From Eubacteriales bacterium (GTDB taxonomy: Bacteria > Bacillota > Clostridia > Oscillospirales > CAG-272): 64,000 nt of DNA. The DNA is taken from NCBI GenBank assembly GCA_045533505.1, contig JAZSHY010000014.1:99780-163779 (forward strand), in the 5' to 3' direction. Shown one piece after another: positions 44,574 through 54,440 of the stretch (positions are counted from its first letter, which is position 1; every line of letters begins with the position of its first letter). The translations under genes were made by a program, and so were the position numbers. A model generated the notes under the pieces. That model worked only from the letters and a program-made list of their open reading frames with translations, searched no databases and was not told the DNA's origin.

Positions 44574-46288
44574 AAACACCAAAAGAAAAGAAAGAACGGC
44601 TGTCCTTTTTCTCGGAGCTTTATGCCAAGGCGAAGGACAGTCACAGAAGAACAAGAGACGCGCTTGCCCGCCATATGGCACAGTATCTCGGAAGCGACGA
44701 GCTTGACGGCTCGCCCGTCCGTGCCACGGCGGTGCGCAACATTACCTATGAAATCATAGAAAGCCAGGTTTCGTCCGATATCCCCGCGCCGCACGTCAGC
44801 CACACGGGATACAGCCTTCACGGCGAGCGGTGCGCCGCCGCCGTGGAGCGCATGCTGCTTCGTATGCGTGACGAGCTCCCCTTTGAAAGGCAGAATGACC
44901 TTGACGAGCGCTACACCACCATCTTCGGCGGCTCCTGCTGGCTTGTGGAATGGGACGCCACGCGTGAGGGCGTGGGTGAGCGCGGCGGTATTCGGGTGCG
45001 CTGCCTCTCACCCGAGGATTTTATCCCCGAGCCCGATATCCCCGAGGTGGAGGATATGGAATACTGCTTCCTGCGCTATGCCACCCCGAGAAGCGAGCTT
45101 GTGCGCCGCTTCGGTATCTCGCCCGAGGAGGCCGAGGAGGGAGAATGCGAGGGCGAGCTTTTGTGTGAGGACGAGGATAGCGTGACGGTGGTCACCTGCT
45201 TCTTCCGCGAGGAGGACGGTGCCGTTTCACGCTTTGTGTTTTCGGGCAGCCTTGTCCTCTCGGATATTGAGGACTACTACGGAAGAAAGCTTCTCGTCTG
45301 CCCCACCTGCGGCGCCGAGGACGTGCCCTGCTCCTGCGGTACGGCGCGACGGCTTATGCCGCGGAGGGAGGAGCGCGTCTCCCTGCCGACGGGCGAGCTC
45401 CTTGTGCCCTATTACCGCCCGCGCCGCTTCCCCGTTGTCATCAGAAAGAACATCTCTCGCGCAGGGCAGCTGCTCGGTCAATCCGACTGCGAGGTCATTC
45501 GCCCTCAGCAGCAGGCCATCAATAAGCTTGAATCCCGCATTCAGGCAAAGCTTATGCGCTCGGGTGTCACGCCCGTTATGCCCGAGGACGCGCGCGTCTC
45601 GCCCGACAACAGCGTGTTCGGTCAGGTCATTCGCCTCGGCCCGGGAGAAACCACCGCGCGCTACGGCATCATCGACACCACCCCGAACGTTTCGCAGGAA
45701 ATCCTGCAATCAGACCGCCTCTATGAGCAGGCCCGCCGCATGGTCGGCATTTCGGATTCCTTTCTGGGGCTTTCGGACTCGACTGCCCCTTCGGGCTACG
45801 CAAAGAGGCTTCAGATTGAGCAGGCGGCTGGGCGGCTTGAATCCAAGCGCCGCATGAAGGAGGCTGCCTATGCCGACATTGACCGCCTTATCTTTGAGTT
45901 CACCCTCGCCTTTGCCGACGAGGCGCGCAAAACCCCCTACCGCGATGCGCGCGGCAGGGTGCGCGAGGCATCGTTTGACCGCTACGATTTTCTTGTGTAT
46001 GACGAGCTGCGGGGCGAATACCTCTACGATGACGGCTTTCTCTTTTCTGCCGATAGGTCGGTAACGGCGGAGGCCGCGCGTGAGCTCCTTTGGGAGAAGA
46101 ACCTGCAAAACCTCACGGCGGGAACGCTTGGCGAGCCGACTGCCCCCGAAACCCTCCTGCGGTACTGGCGCCAGCAGGAAAGGGCGTACTACCCGAATGC
46201 CAGAGAAAACGTAGAATACTTTGAAGAGCTTGTAAAGAGCAAGGAGCAAGGAGACGACTATGCAAACACGGAAGATACTTACCGATAA
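44570..46288 (+). CDS. Portal protein (putative)
   Basis: 572 aa from ATG 44570, which overlaps the TerL stop as ATGA. The size and the position immediately after TerL are the main evidence. No specific motif could be checked by eye. Confidence 0.65.
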   Translation: MKTPKEKKERLSFFSELYAKAKDSHRRTRDALARHMAQYLGSDELDGSPVRATAVRNITYEIIESQVSSDIPAPHVSHTGYSLHGERCAAAVERMLLRMRDELPFERQNDLDERYTTIFGGSCWLVEWDATREGVGERGGIRVRCLSPEDFIPEPDIPEVEDMEYCFLRYATPRSELVRRFGISPEEAEEGECEGELLCEDEDSVTVVTCFFREEDGAVSRFVFSGSLVLSDIEDYYGRKLLVCPTCGAEDVPCSCGTARRLMPRREERVSLPTGELLVPYYRPRRFPVVIRKNISRAGQLLGQSDCEVIRPQQQAINKLESRIQAKLMRSGVTPVMPEDARVSPDNSVFGQVIRLGPGETTARYGIIDTTPNVSQEILQSDRLYEQARRMVGISDSFLGLSDSTAPSGYAKRLQIEQAAGRLESKRRMKEAAYADIDRLIFEFTLAFADEARKTPYRDARGRVREASFDRYDFLVYDELRGEYLYDDGFLFSADRSVTAEAARELLWEKNLQNLTAGTLGEPTAPETLLRYWRQQERAYYPNARENVEYFEELVKSKEQGDDYANTEDTYR

Positions 46289-46964
46289 GGAGAAGGAGAG
46301 GCTTGCCGCCCTCGGCAGCTCCGAGGGTGCGCAGGGCTACGCCGCCTATCTCGGCAGACGCACAACCGATGCCTACGACTCCATGGTCTCCGAGGCGGAG
46401 GATAAGGCGCGCCGCCAAGCGGTTGGCTACGGGCGTGCGGGCGAGCGGCTTTCGGCGGCGGACCTCGGCAACGACGGCTACGCCGCCTACCTCCGCAGTG
46501 CCGCCAAGGAGGCACGGAGGGCTCGCCTTTCGCAGCTGGAGGCGGCGCGCCATTCGGAGGAAAGGGAGGCTTTGCGCGGCTATGCCGATTACCTTGACGG
46601 CATACGGCGCGAGAACGGCAAGGAGCTTTTGGCAACCGCCGAGGAGCTGCTCTCGGCCTACCACACCGCCGAGGAGGCCGAGGAAAAAATCAAGGCGGTG
46701 GGCACAGGGCGAGGGGGCGAGGAGGCCCTCCGCGAGCTCCACCGTCTCTACGGCCCCGAGCGAGGGACCGTGACCGAGAGCGAAAAGGAGGCTATGCGTG
46801 AGCTTTTGGAAACGCTGCGGCAGGCCGAGCTCCCCTATGAGAGAAATTACGAATACTGCCTCCTTCTCGGATACAGCGAGGAGATGGCTCGCAAAATGGC
46901 GACCTATCTCTACGAAACGAGAAGCGACAACACAAAAAAGCTGCATGACCTTTTCACGGATTGA
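46260..46964 (+). CDS. Hypothetical phage protein (helical, highly charged)
   Basis: 234 aa with SD AAGGAGA upstream. It overlaps the portal 3' end by 29 nt. No family is recognised. Confidence 0.5.
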   Translation: MQTRKILTDKEKERLAALGSSEGAQGYAAYLGRRTTDAYDSMVSEAEDKARRQAVGYGRAGERLSAADLGNDGYAAYLRSAAKEARRARLSQLEAARHSEEREALRGYADYLDGIRRENGKELLATAEELLSAYHTAEEAEEKIKAVGTGRGGEEALRELHRLYGPERGTVTESEKEAMRELLETLRQAELPYERNYEYCLLLGYSEEMARKMATYLYETRSDNTKKLHDLFTD

Positions 46965-47087
46965 CCCCCTTTGCAGTGAAATGTGAGTTACACTCTTTTT
47001 GTAGGGGGCCACGGCAAACGACACGGCGTATCCGGAAAGAATGGGCCGGAGAGGCCCCCTCGTCTACAAAAGGAAAGGAGAACGCAT

Positions 47088-47219
47088 ATGGAAAGCAAGA
47101 AAACAGGCTATGCCACCAACAAGGGCAGCTTTATCAAGGCACCCAAAAATCCTGCGGCAGGCGACCCCCGTGCTACCAGAACCGTAAGCAACAAGGGCGA
47201 CCTTCGCACAGGTAAATAA
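47088..47219 (+). CDS. Hypothetical small basic protein (43 aa)
   Basis: ATG 47088 is preceded by AAAGGAGA. The sequence is MESKKTGYATNKGSFIKAPKNPAAGDPRATRTVSNKGDLRTGK. The longer listed ORF (46983) lacks an SD. Confidence 0.35.
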   Translation: MESKKTGYATNKGSFIKAPKNPAAGDPRATRTVSNKGDLRTGK

Positions 47220-47242
47220 AACTTTGCAATAAGGAGCACCGT

Positions 47243-47773
47243 ATGGAAGAAGAAACAAACAACACCGAGTACCGCGAGGAGGCAGACCTCCTCACCCCGA
47301 CGGATGCCGCTGAGGAGACCGTGACCGAGAGCGGGGATACGCCGCTGCCCGAGACGGAGGCAGAGGAAGCTCCTCCGCAGGAGAGGGCCGAGGAGGTCCC
47401 CCCCTCGGACGACGGAGCCCGCTTTGCCGAGCTTGAGAGGGCAGACCTTGCCGTGCTCGCCGAAAGCTTTCCTTCCATGAGGGGAAGCAGCTCGCTTCTC
47501 TCGCTCAGAAACCCCGCCCGCTACGGCGAGCTACGTGAGCTCGGGCTCACCCCAACCGAAGCCTATCTCGCGTCGGAGGGGCTGCCGCGGGAGCGCACGG
47601 GAGACAGCCGTGCCCACCTTGCCCCGAGCCTCGGGAGGTCGGCACGCCCCTCGGGAGGTCGCATTTCGGTGGGAGAAATGGAGGCGGCGCGAGACCTGTT
47701 CCCCTCCCTCTCTGACCGCGAAATCGAGGCTCTCTGGCGCCGTTGCGCCGGAAGCTTGGGACATGTTTATTAA
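47243..47773 (+). CDS. Scaffold-like protein (acidic N-terminus), putative
   Basis: 176 aa with SD AAGGAG upstream. The N-terminal half is rich in Glu/Asp/Pro. Its position immediately before the capsid gene is typical of scaffolding proteins. Confidence 0.45.
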   Translation: MEEETNNTEYREEADLLTPTDAAEETVTESGDTPLPETEAEEAPPQERAEEVPPSDDGARFAELERADLAVLAESFPSMRGSSSLLSLRNPARYGELRELGLTPTEAYLASEGLPRERTGDSRAHLAPSLGRSARPSGGRISVGEMEAARDLFPSLSDREIEALWRRCAGSLGHVY

Positions 47774-47795
47774 GTAAGAAAGGAAACCTACCCAA

Positions 47796-48833
47796 ATGTC
47801 TATTATCTATTCGCAATCCTCGGGGGTTCACAACGCCGCCATCGGCAAGCTGGAAACTCCCATCAAAATGATTATCGAGCATGAGTCTGACTATCAGAAG
47901 AAGCGCGGCGGCGCCATGGACTGGCTCTTCAACGTGGAAAAATCCAACCGCTTCGGCGAAACCATCGTCGGGCAGAACGAGTTCGGCGTCTTCGCGGCCA
48001 CCGAAGAGGGGGAGGCCGCCACGGGCGACGGCATTCAGGAGACCTACACGAAGTTCATTGAGCACATTCAGTTCATGAAGGAATTCACCGTCACCGCCAA
48101 GATGATGGAGGACGCCAACTACGGTGTGGCCGCCGATGCGCGCCGCCGTGCCGAAAACTTCACCCGTGCCTACTACAAGACGATGCATAAGATTTGCTCC
48201 TATGCCCTCGCGAACGGCACGCTGGCCAGCGGCAGCTTTGCCGGCGCCACCCTGGACCTGACCGCCCCCGACGCGCTCCCCCTCTTCTCAAGCGTGCATA
48301 AGTACGGCATTCCCTCGGATGGGCTGACACAGTCGAACTACTTTTACGGCAACCTCTTCGCCTCGGGCGCGGCGCTTGAGGATTCGCTCGGCGCGCTTGC
48401 CTCCCGCCTCCGTAACATGAAGGACGAGAACGGCGAGGTGCTGGGCTACACCGCCGACACCATTATCCTGCCCGGCAACCGTCCTCTCGCCGAAAGCCTT
48501 GTCAAAAAGGTCTGCGGCTCATTTGGCGCGCTCGGCAACGGCTACAACGACATCAACATTCAGTACGGCAACTGGAGCATCGTGGTGCTACCCGACTGGC
48601 AGACCGAGGATGACCGCATGATGATTATGTCGAGCGAGGCCAACAAGAACCTCGGCGGCAATATGTTCTTTAACCGCGTTCCTCTTACGGTTTCGAACTG
48701 GGTTGACCACCACACGGGCAACTACCTCTGGTGCGGACGCTGCCGCTTCGGCGTCGGCTTCGGCAGCTACAAGCACATCCTTCTTGCCGTGGGGAGCGAA
48801 GCGGCAGTCGAAGGCGCAACGCCCCTCGCCTGA
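47796..48833 (+). CDS. Major capsid protein (putative)
   Basis: 345 aa with SD AAAGGAAA upstream. The size and the position after portal and scaffold are the evidence. The fold was not verified. Confidence 0.6.
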   Translation: MSIIYSQSSGVHNAAIGKLETPIKMIIEHESDYQKKRGGAMDWLFNVEKSNRFGETIVGQNEFGVFAATEEGEAATGDGIQETYTKFIEHIQFMKEFTVTAKMMEDANYGVAADARRRAENFTRAYYKTMHKICSYALANGTLASGSFAGATLDLTAPDALPLFSSVHKYGIPSDGLTQSNYFYGNLFASGAALEDSLGALASRLRNMKDENGEVLGYTADTIILPGNRPLAESLVKKVCGSFGALGNGYNDINIQYGNWSIVVLPDWQTEDDRMMIMSSEANKNLGGNMFFNRVPLTVSNWVDHHTGNYLWCGRCRFGVGFGSYKHILLAVGSEAAVEGATPLA

Positions 48834-48838
48834 GCCCT

Positions 48839-49693
48839 ATGACGGTACAGCAGCTGGAACGCGCCGTTTGCGCGTTAGGGTTTGTCGCCTCGGTTGAGGA
48901 TGCGCGCCCCCTGCTTCTTGAGGCGGCGGCGCGCGGCCTTCAGGAGCTGGCCGTCGCCTGCCCCCGTATCGGGAGCGCCACCCTCTGGCACCTGCCGTCC
49001 CCACCCCTGTACAGCGAGGGCTCCACAGAACGGCTGACGGGAGAGAAAGCGTTTTCTCTCCCGTCGGGAGCCTCCTACCTCCTGCGCCTTGCGGGGCGCG
49101 GGGAGGTAGTCTTTTCGCGCGGTGGGGAAAGCCTCGCGCTCCCCTTCTCCTCGCGCGAGGGCGAGGAGCCCGCCCTTCTCGGAGGCACGATACCCGGGAA
49201 GAACGGGGCCTTTACCGTACGCATCCGTGCCGAGGGAGGCTGGCGGCTTCTTACCCTTGCGATATACGACACTGTCTTCCCAACACTCCCTCCCGACCCC
49301 TTTGGACGGAGACGCTACGAGCTTTCTGAGCTTATTCCGGATTTCGGTGCCCTTGTCTTATGCCCCGAGGATGAGAACGGCAGGGCGCTTGTGGAGGGGC
49401 CCTCTGCCGATTATACCCTGGAGGACGGCCACATCCTCTCACTCCCGCCTCACACGGCGGGGAAAATTCTCCTGCGCTACCGCCGCCGCCTCACGCTGAG
49501 CGAGGCGGGTGAGCTCCCCATCAGCGAGGAGGAGAGCGCTCTTCTTCCGCTTTTTTGCGCCTCCTATCTCCTCCTTGAGGATGAGCCCGAAAAGGCGAGC
49601 TTCTATCTCTCGCGCTTTCACGAGGGGCTTTTGGGCCTTCAGGCAAGCAAGCTGAGCCCCACACCCTTCCGTGATGTGAACCGATGGGGGTGA
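48839..49693 (+). CDS. Hypothetical virion protein, N-terminus reminiscent of gp6-type head-tail connectors
   Basis: Start chosen at ATG 48839, which is 5 nt after the capsid stop. The N-terminus is MTVQQLERAVCALGFVASVEDARPLLLEAAARGLQELAV. The resemblance to connectors is weak recall only. Confidence 0.4.
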   Translation: MTVQQLERAVCALGFVASVEDARPLLLEAAARGLQELAVACPRIGSATLWHLPSPPLYSEGSTERLTGEKAFSLPSGASYLLRLAGRGEVVFSRGGESLALPFSSREGEEPALLGGTIPGKNGAFTVRIRAEGGWRLLTLAIYDTVFPTLPPDPFGRRRYELSELIPDFGALVLCPEDENGRALVEGPSADYTLEDGHILSLPPHTAGKILLRYRRRLTLSEAGELPISEEESALLPLFCASYLLLEDEPEKASFYLSRFHEGLLGLQASKLSPTPFRDVNRWG

Positions 49694-49698
49694 GCAAC

Positions 49699-52392
49699 AT
49701 GACAAGTACTGTTTACGAAAGGGTGTATTCCGATATGGGAGGCGTGGATTTTTCCTCCGAGCCCTCTCAGGTTTCGCCCCGTCAGTTTGCCTACCTCGAA
49801 AACATGTACCGTGACTACGCGTGCGGCTCGGGGAGTGTGGTGGAAACCATTCCCGGCTACCGCAAGGTCGCCCTTTTTGACGGGGCGGTGCATGCCCTTC
49901 ATCCTCACCCCCGAGAAAAGGACTGCCTTCTCGTGCATGCGGGGCAGCACCTTTTCCCCTTCCGCACCGAGGATGTCGCCGCAACAAGGGTGCCCCTTGC
50001 CGAGTCGCCGCAGCTGCCCACCCCATCCCCCATCAAGAGCGAGTCCGGAGGGGAGGCTCTCCTCACCGACTCTCCCTCGGCAGCGGCGGTTCACGACGGA
50101 AGCCTCTATCTTCTGGACGGGGAGCATTACCTTGTTACGGACGGAAAGATGCTCCGTTCGGTGAGCGACGGGGCCTACGTGCCGCTTATTGCTCTGGGCG
50201 GCAAGGCCTACGAGCAAAAGAATCTTCTGACAAACGAGGTGCGCGAGGAGTTTTCGCTCTCTTCGCCCAAGGATTTTCCCTTTTACACCGACGAGGAGGA
50301 CTTCATCTTTTCGCTTGACAGCGCAGGCTTTCTGACGGTAATCGGCTATGACGGCAGCGAGGAGCTCGTTGTTTTGCCTCCCCGTGCCCGCTTTGCGGGG
50401 AGAGAGTACACGGTGGCAGCGGTGGGCTCCTTCGCCTTCCGTGGCAACGAAACGGTGAGGACGCTTGTGCTTTCCGATGGAATCGTCACTCTCGCCCCCG
50501 ACGCCTTCTCTGGCATGCGGGCCCTCACCGAGGCGGTCCTCCCCGAGAGCATCACCGAGATACCCGAGAGGTGCTTTGACGGCTGCCCCTCTCTCCTTCG
50601 CATCTTTCTGCCGCGCGGGCTCAGGACTATCGGAGAAGGGGCCTTCGCCGCCGCCTCGGTCACCGAGCTTCATTTTGGCGGCAAGGAGGAGGACTTTGGC
50701 AACGTCGATGGCGGAACGCAACTCCGCCCCGCCTCGCCGCCCGAGGGCTTTTCCGCACATTTTGAGTCCTTCTACCCCATTGTCCGCTGCCACTTCCCTC
50801 TCTTTGCCGAAGTAGAGGAGCTTCGTGCCGTTCTTCTCGGCGGTGAGCCTCTTGCCGAGGCCCTCGGCGAGCCCTTCTACCGCTTCTCGACTTCCGAGGA
50901 CGGCGCGGGAAGGCTCTTCCTTGAGGCGGCGCGCGAGAGCTCTATTCTTGGGAAAACGCTTTCGCTCTCCTATCTTTGCCGCGAGGACTCGCCCTCGCTC
51001 GCAGGAGCACCCCCCGGTGTCTCGGACGGGCGCGCGGCCATCTGCGGCTGCCGTCTCGTCGCCGCCTATGAGGGGAGGCTCTTCCTCTCGGGGAACCCTG
51101 CCCTCCCCGGAACGGTATTTTACAGCGGCATACGGAGCGACGGCGTAAGCGACCCCTCCTACATCGGCGTCTATCAGCATTTCACCGACGGCGACGGAGG
51201 TGCCGCCGTTACCTTCCTGCTCCCCACCGAAACCGCCCTCTGGGTGATGACCGAGGAAAGGCCGACGCGCCCCTCGCTCTTCTGCCATGAGGGGAAGGAG
51301 GGAGACAGCGACCTCCTCCCTCGCATTTACCCGGTTTGCGACGCCATCGGCGGCATGGGCTCTCTTGGGGCAGCCATCTCCTTCCGAGGAGAGAGGCTCT
51401 TTCTCTCCCCGTTTGGTCTTGAATCCATTGAGCGGGACGGGATTTCGGGCGAGAGGCGCATTCTTCACCGCTCGGGCGCCATTGATGCGCGCCTCACCCG
51501 CGAGGACGTGACACGGGCGCACCTCTTTCACTGGGGGAGCTACCTCGGCATTGCCATTGAGGACCGTGTCTATCTTGCCGACGGCAGACGCACCGTCACG
51601 AGGGACGGCCACAGGGAATACGAATGGTACTACCTCTCGGGTATCGGCAGCTTCCGCGGTGACAGCAAGCGGTATCGCATTTCTACCGTGCTTCCGCCCG
51701 CGCTTGTGGGGCTATCGACAACGCACGACAAGGTGGACTATCCCTTTGCCCCCGCCAAGGAGGAACGCTATGCCGACGGAATGAGAATTCACTCCATTCT
51801 TTTGGGAGGAAAGGTCTATCCTTACGTCCTCGTGGGGGAGGAGGCCCATTCTGTCTTCTTCGTGGGCGAGCGGTACGGCGGCACGCTTTGCCCCGCCACC
51901 GCCTTTGCCGAAGCCGACTCGCTCCTCTTTTTCGGAACCACCGAGGGGCTGCTCATGGTGTTTGAAACCGACAGGCGCCGCGAGGACGCAACCCTGCCGA
52001 GGGAGGCCTACACCTTTTGCGGCCACGCCTACACCTCGGGCTTTGCCACACCGCTTGACGACTGCGACAGGAAGACCGCGAGAAAAACCACCGTAAAGGG
52101 GGCGGGCGCGGTGCGCTTCAAGGCGATGGCGGGCGGCAAGGTTCGGGTGCTTGCCCGCACCGAGCTCGGCGACTGGACTCACGTGGACACGCTCTTCCCC
52201 GGGCGCGCGAGCTTTGAGGAAACCGATTTCTCATCCGCCGACTTTCACACGGGCGACGACGTCGTACTCCCCTTTCGCGAATCGAAACGGCGTTGGGTGG
52301 AGAAGCAGCTCTTTTTTGTTTCGGAAGAATATCAGCGGCCCTTTGGCATTCTGTCTGTTGCCTACCGGTATCGGGTCGCAGGAAGGATATAA
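49699..52392 (+). CDS. Large virion-associated protein with an internal BspA-type leucine-rich-repeat block
   Basis: About 897 aa from ATG 49699, with SD GGGGGTGA upstream; ATG 49684 is an alternative start. The LRR block lies at about nt 50325-50710 and reads ...VVLPPRARFAGREYTVAAVGSFAFRGNETVRTLVLSDGIVTLAPDAFSGMRALTEAVLPESITEIPERCFDGCPSLLRIFLPRGLRTIGEGAFAA.... Confidence 0.6.
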   Translation: MTSTVYERVYSDMGGVDFSSEPSQVSPRQFAYLENMYRDYACGSGSVVETIPGYRKVALFDGAVHALHPHPREKDCLLVHAGQHLFPFRTEDVAATRVPLAESPQLPTPSPIKSESGGEALLTDSPSAAAVHDGSLYLLDGEHYLVTDGKMLRSVSDGAYVPLIALGGKAYEQKNLLTNEVREEFSLSSPKDFPFYTDEEDFIFSLDSAGFLTVIGYDGSEELVVLPPRARFAGREYTVAAVGSFAFRGNETVRTLVLSDGIVTLAPDAFSGMRALTEAVLPESITEIPERCFDGCPSLLRIFLPRGLRTIGEGAFAAASVTELHFGGKEEDFGNVDGGTQLRPASPPEGFSAHFESFYPIVRCHFPLFAEVEELRAVLLGGEPLAEALGEPFYRFSTSEDGAGRLFLEAARESSILGKTLSLSYLCREDSPSLAGAPPGVSDGRAAICGCRLVAAYEGRLFLSGNPALPGTVFYSGIRSDGVSDPSYIGVYQHFTDGDGGAAVTFLLPTETALWVMTEERPTRPSLFCHEGKEGDSDLLPRIYPVCDAIGGMGSLGAAISFRGERLFLSPFGLESIERDGISGERRILHRSGAIDARLTREDVTRAHLFHWGSYLGIAIEDRVYLADGRRTVTRDGHREYEWYYLSGIGSFRGDSKRYRISTVLPPALVGLSTTHDKVDYPFAPAKEERYADGMRIHSILLGGKVYPYVLVGEEAHSVFFVGERYGGTLCPATAFAEADSLLFFGTTEGLLMVFETDRRREDATLPREAYTFCGHAYTSGFATPLDDCDRKTARKTTVKGAGAVRFKAMAGGKVRVLARTELGDWTHVDTLFPGRASFEETDFSSADFHTGDDVVLPFRESKRRWVEKQLFFVSEEYQRPFGILSVAYRYRVAGRI

Positions 52393-52394
52393 GC

Positions 52395-53789
52395 ATGAGT
52401 ATCACCAAAATCACAGAGGAGGAGGTGCGCGCCCTATGGGTGCAGCGCCTCCCCGACCACCCGAACCGCACGGGCAGATTTGGCGCGCCCGGGCTCAGTG
52501 CCGCCGAGATGAAGGCCGCCTACGATGCCCTGCCGCTTCGGATTGCGGAGCATTTCAATGCCCTTGTCACGGTGCTGGAGGAGGGGAGGCTCGGCGAGCA
52601 GATTCCCTCTCTCAACGGACGCACGCTGTGCGACTTCTTCCGCGACGTGACAAGCGGAGAGCTGGCCTCCTATCTCACGGTGGACGGCGCGCGTACGCTT
52701 TCTGCCCTCGCCGCCGCCCTTGACACCCACACCCACACGGGGCTCTACGCACCGCTTGGCGCCGATGGCAAGGTGCCGAGCGAATATCTCCCCGAGATAG
52801 AGAAGGAGGAGGGCGAAGGGGGCGAAGGGGGCGAGGGCGGCGGCGCCTCTGCCGAAACGCTCACCGAGCTGCTCGATGAGATTGCGGAGCTCCGCGCATT
52901 CTGCGAAGAAGCCAAGGGGGAGCTTGCCAAGACCGAGGCGCGGCTTGAAAACCTGAGCGCGGCTGCCGTCGGCACCACACACACCTTCCTTTCGCTGAAT
53001 GTCGAGGATGCCGCAATGCTCCCCCCCGAAAACGCGCTTCCCTATGCCAAAGTTCTCAAAATCGGAGGTCCCGTCTTCTCAGAACAAGAGGCGTCTCCCC
53101 TCACAAGTTTCATTTTATACGGCAAAAACCTGCTGCCCTTCCCCTACCCCGACCTCGATACCGAGGCCGACTACAACGGGGTATCGGTCACGGTGCTGGA
53201 AAACGGTGAGCTGGAGCTCAACGGCACCGCCAGCGATGTCACCTATATCCCCCTCTTCAAAAAGGAGCACGGACTGAGCCTCCCCTGCAAGATGCTGAGT
53301 ATCGAGCCCAGTGCGGGAGATGCGATGCTGTACCTCGTCGCCGAAGAATTCGGAGGCGGTCTTTACTCCGGATACAAGCGTCCCCAGCCCCATGAACCCC
53401 TGTTTAACCAATATCCCGTCTGTCTTAGGCTTCAGAACGGTGTCACCTTTCAAAACTACCGTGTTCAGCCACACATTTGTGTCTACGATATGACATCCAG
53501 GCCCTACATTCCCTGGCACGAGCCCACCGTCCTCCCTGTCCCCGACTGGATGCTTGCCCTCCCGGGCTACGGGTGGAAGGACAACGTGGTGGAGCTTGAC
53601 GAGGCTCGTTATGTGCAAAGGCGGAGCGATTCGGGCACGCTTCTCGCTACCCCCTGTATAATCCCCCTTGACGAGAAGCTTGTCGAGGACCTCTATCTCT
53701 GTGTGGAGCAGGCCGGGTGCATCTCGTTTGTCAACCCCAAGTACTGCGAGATGGACTGCACCATCCTCTTTGGGGTGAAAACCGTATAA
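52395..53789 (+). CDS. Hypothetical virion protein (fibre/spike-like, with a coiled-coil segment)
   Basis: 464 aa from ATG 52395; the listed ORF begins at 52293. A low-complexity EGEGGEGGEGGG stretch is followed by the heptad-like LTELLDEIAELRAFCEEAKGELAKTEARLENL. Confidence 0.45.
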   Translation: MSITKITEEEVRALWVQRLPDHPNRTGRFGAPGLSAAEMKAAYDALPLRIAEHFNALVTVLEEGRLGEQIPSLNGRTLCDFFRDVTSGELASYLTVDGARTLSALAAALDTHTHTGLYAPLGADGKVPSEYLPEIEKEEGEGGEGGEGGGASAETLTELLDEIAELRAFCEEAKGELAKTEARLENLSAAAVGTTHTFLSLNVEDAAMLPPENALPYAKVLKIGGPVFSEQEASPLTSFILYGKNLLPFPYPDLDTEADYNGVSVTVLENGELELNGTASDVTYIPLFKKEHGLSLPCKMLSIEPSAGDAMLYLVAEEFGGGLYSGYKRPQPHEPLFNQYPVCLRLQNGVTFQNYRVQPHICVYDMTSRPYIPWHEPTVLPVPDWMLALPGYGWKDNVVELDEARYVQRRSDSGTLLATPCIIPLDEKLVEDLYLCVEQAGCISFVNPKYCEMDCTILFGVKTV

Positions 53790-53799
53790 GGAGAACACT

Positions 53800-54021
53800 A
53801 TGAAAGACGTAAAGCAACAGCTTATGAAGAAAAACGGCTGCAGCAAGGCCTATTACGGCGACCTTGTCAATGCCCGCATCCGTGAGCGCTATTCGCTCTC
53901 GGAGGAGCTCTCGCTCCTTAGGCGCAGAGATGAGGCACCCGAGGCCTTTGCCGCCTACTGTGCCTATGCCGAGGCCGTGAAGGCCGCCGTGCGGCAGGAA
54001 AGCGAGGGAGAGCCCGTATGA
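53800..54021 (+). CDS. Hypothetical protein (73 aa)
   Basis: It has SD AAGGAGA upstream and is coupled to the next ORF by an ATGA overlap. Confidence 0.45.
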   Translation: MKDVKQQLMKKNGCSKAYYGDLVNARIRERYSLSEELSLLRRRDEAPEAFAAYCAYAEAVKAAVRQESEGEPV

Positions 54022-54440
54022 CCTATCACCTCACATCTCTTGGCGTCGGAATCGCCACAGAGCGCGCACCCGTAGAAGCAAAAGGTAAGGTTTTGCTTAC
54101 ATTTTGTGGAGATTTGGCCGACACGGTTTGCGTGGGCGGCGTATTTTACCCGATTATCAACAACCGCGCCGAAATCCCGTGCGAGGCCATCTCGGGCATT
54201 TGCCCCGTCACCGCGCATTCGCTCACGCTGCGCCGCCGCTACCCCTGCGACCCCCTGGCAAGACTGGGAGAGAGGGGCGAGCTTATCGCCCCCGTGCCCG
54301 AGCCGTGGGAGGACCAGCTCGTGCGGCTCACCTCGCTCCTCGGCGAATGGAACGGCAGGCTGTCTGCCGCCGAGGAAGCACTTCTCTCTCTTGAAGAAAA
54401 AATCGAAACGCCTGCTATAACCTTTGGAGGTACCTTATGA
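54018..54440 (+). CDS. Hypothetical protein (140 aa)
   Basis: ATGA overlaps occur at both ends. No family is recognised. Confidence 0.45.
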   Translation: MTYHLTSLGVGIATERAPVEAKGKVLLTFCGDLADTVCVGGVFYPIINNRAEIPCEAISGICPVTAHSLTLRRRYPCDPLARLGERGELIAPVPEPWEDQLVRLTSLLGEWNGRLSAAEEALLSLEEKIETPAITFGGTL

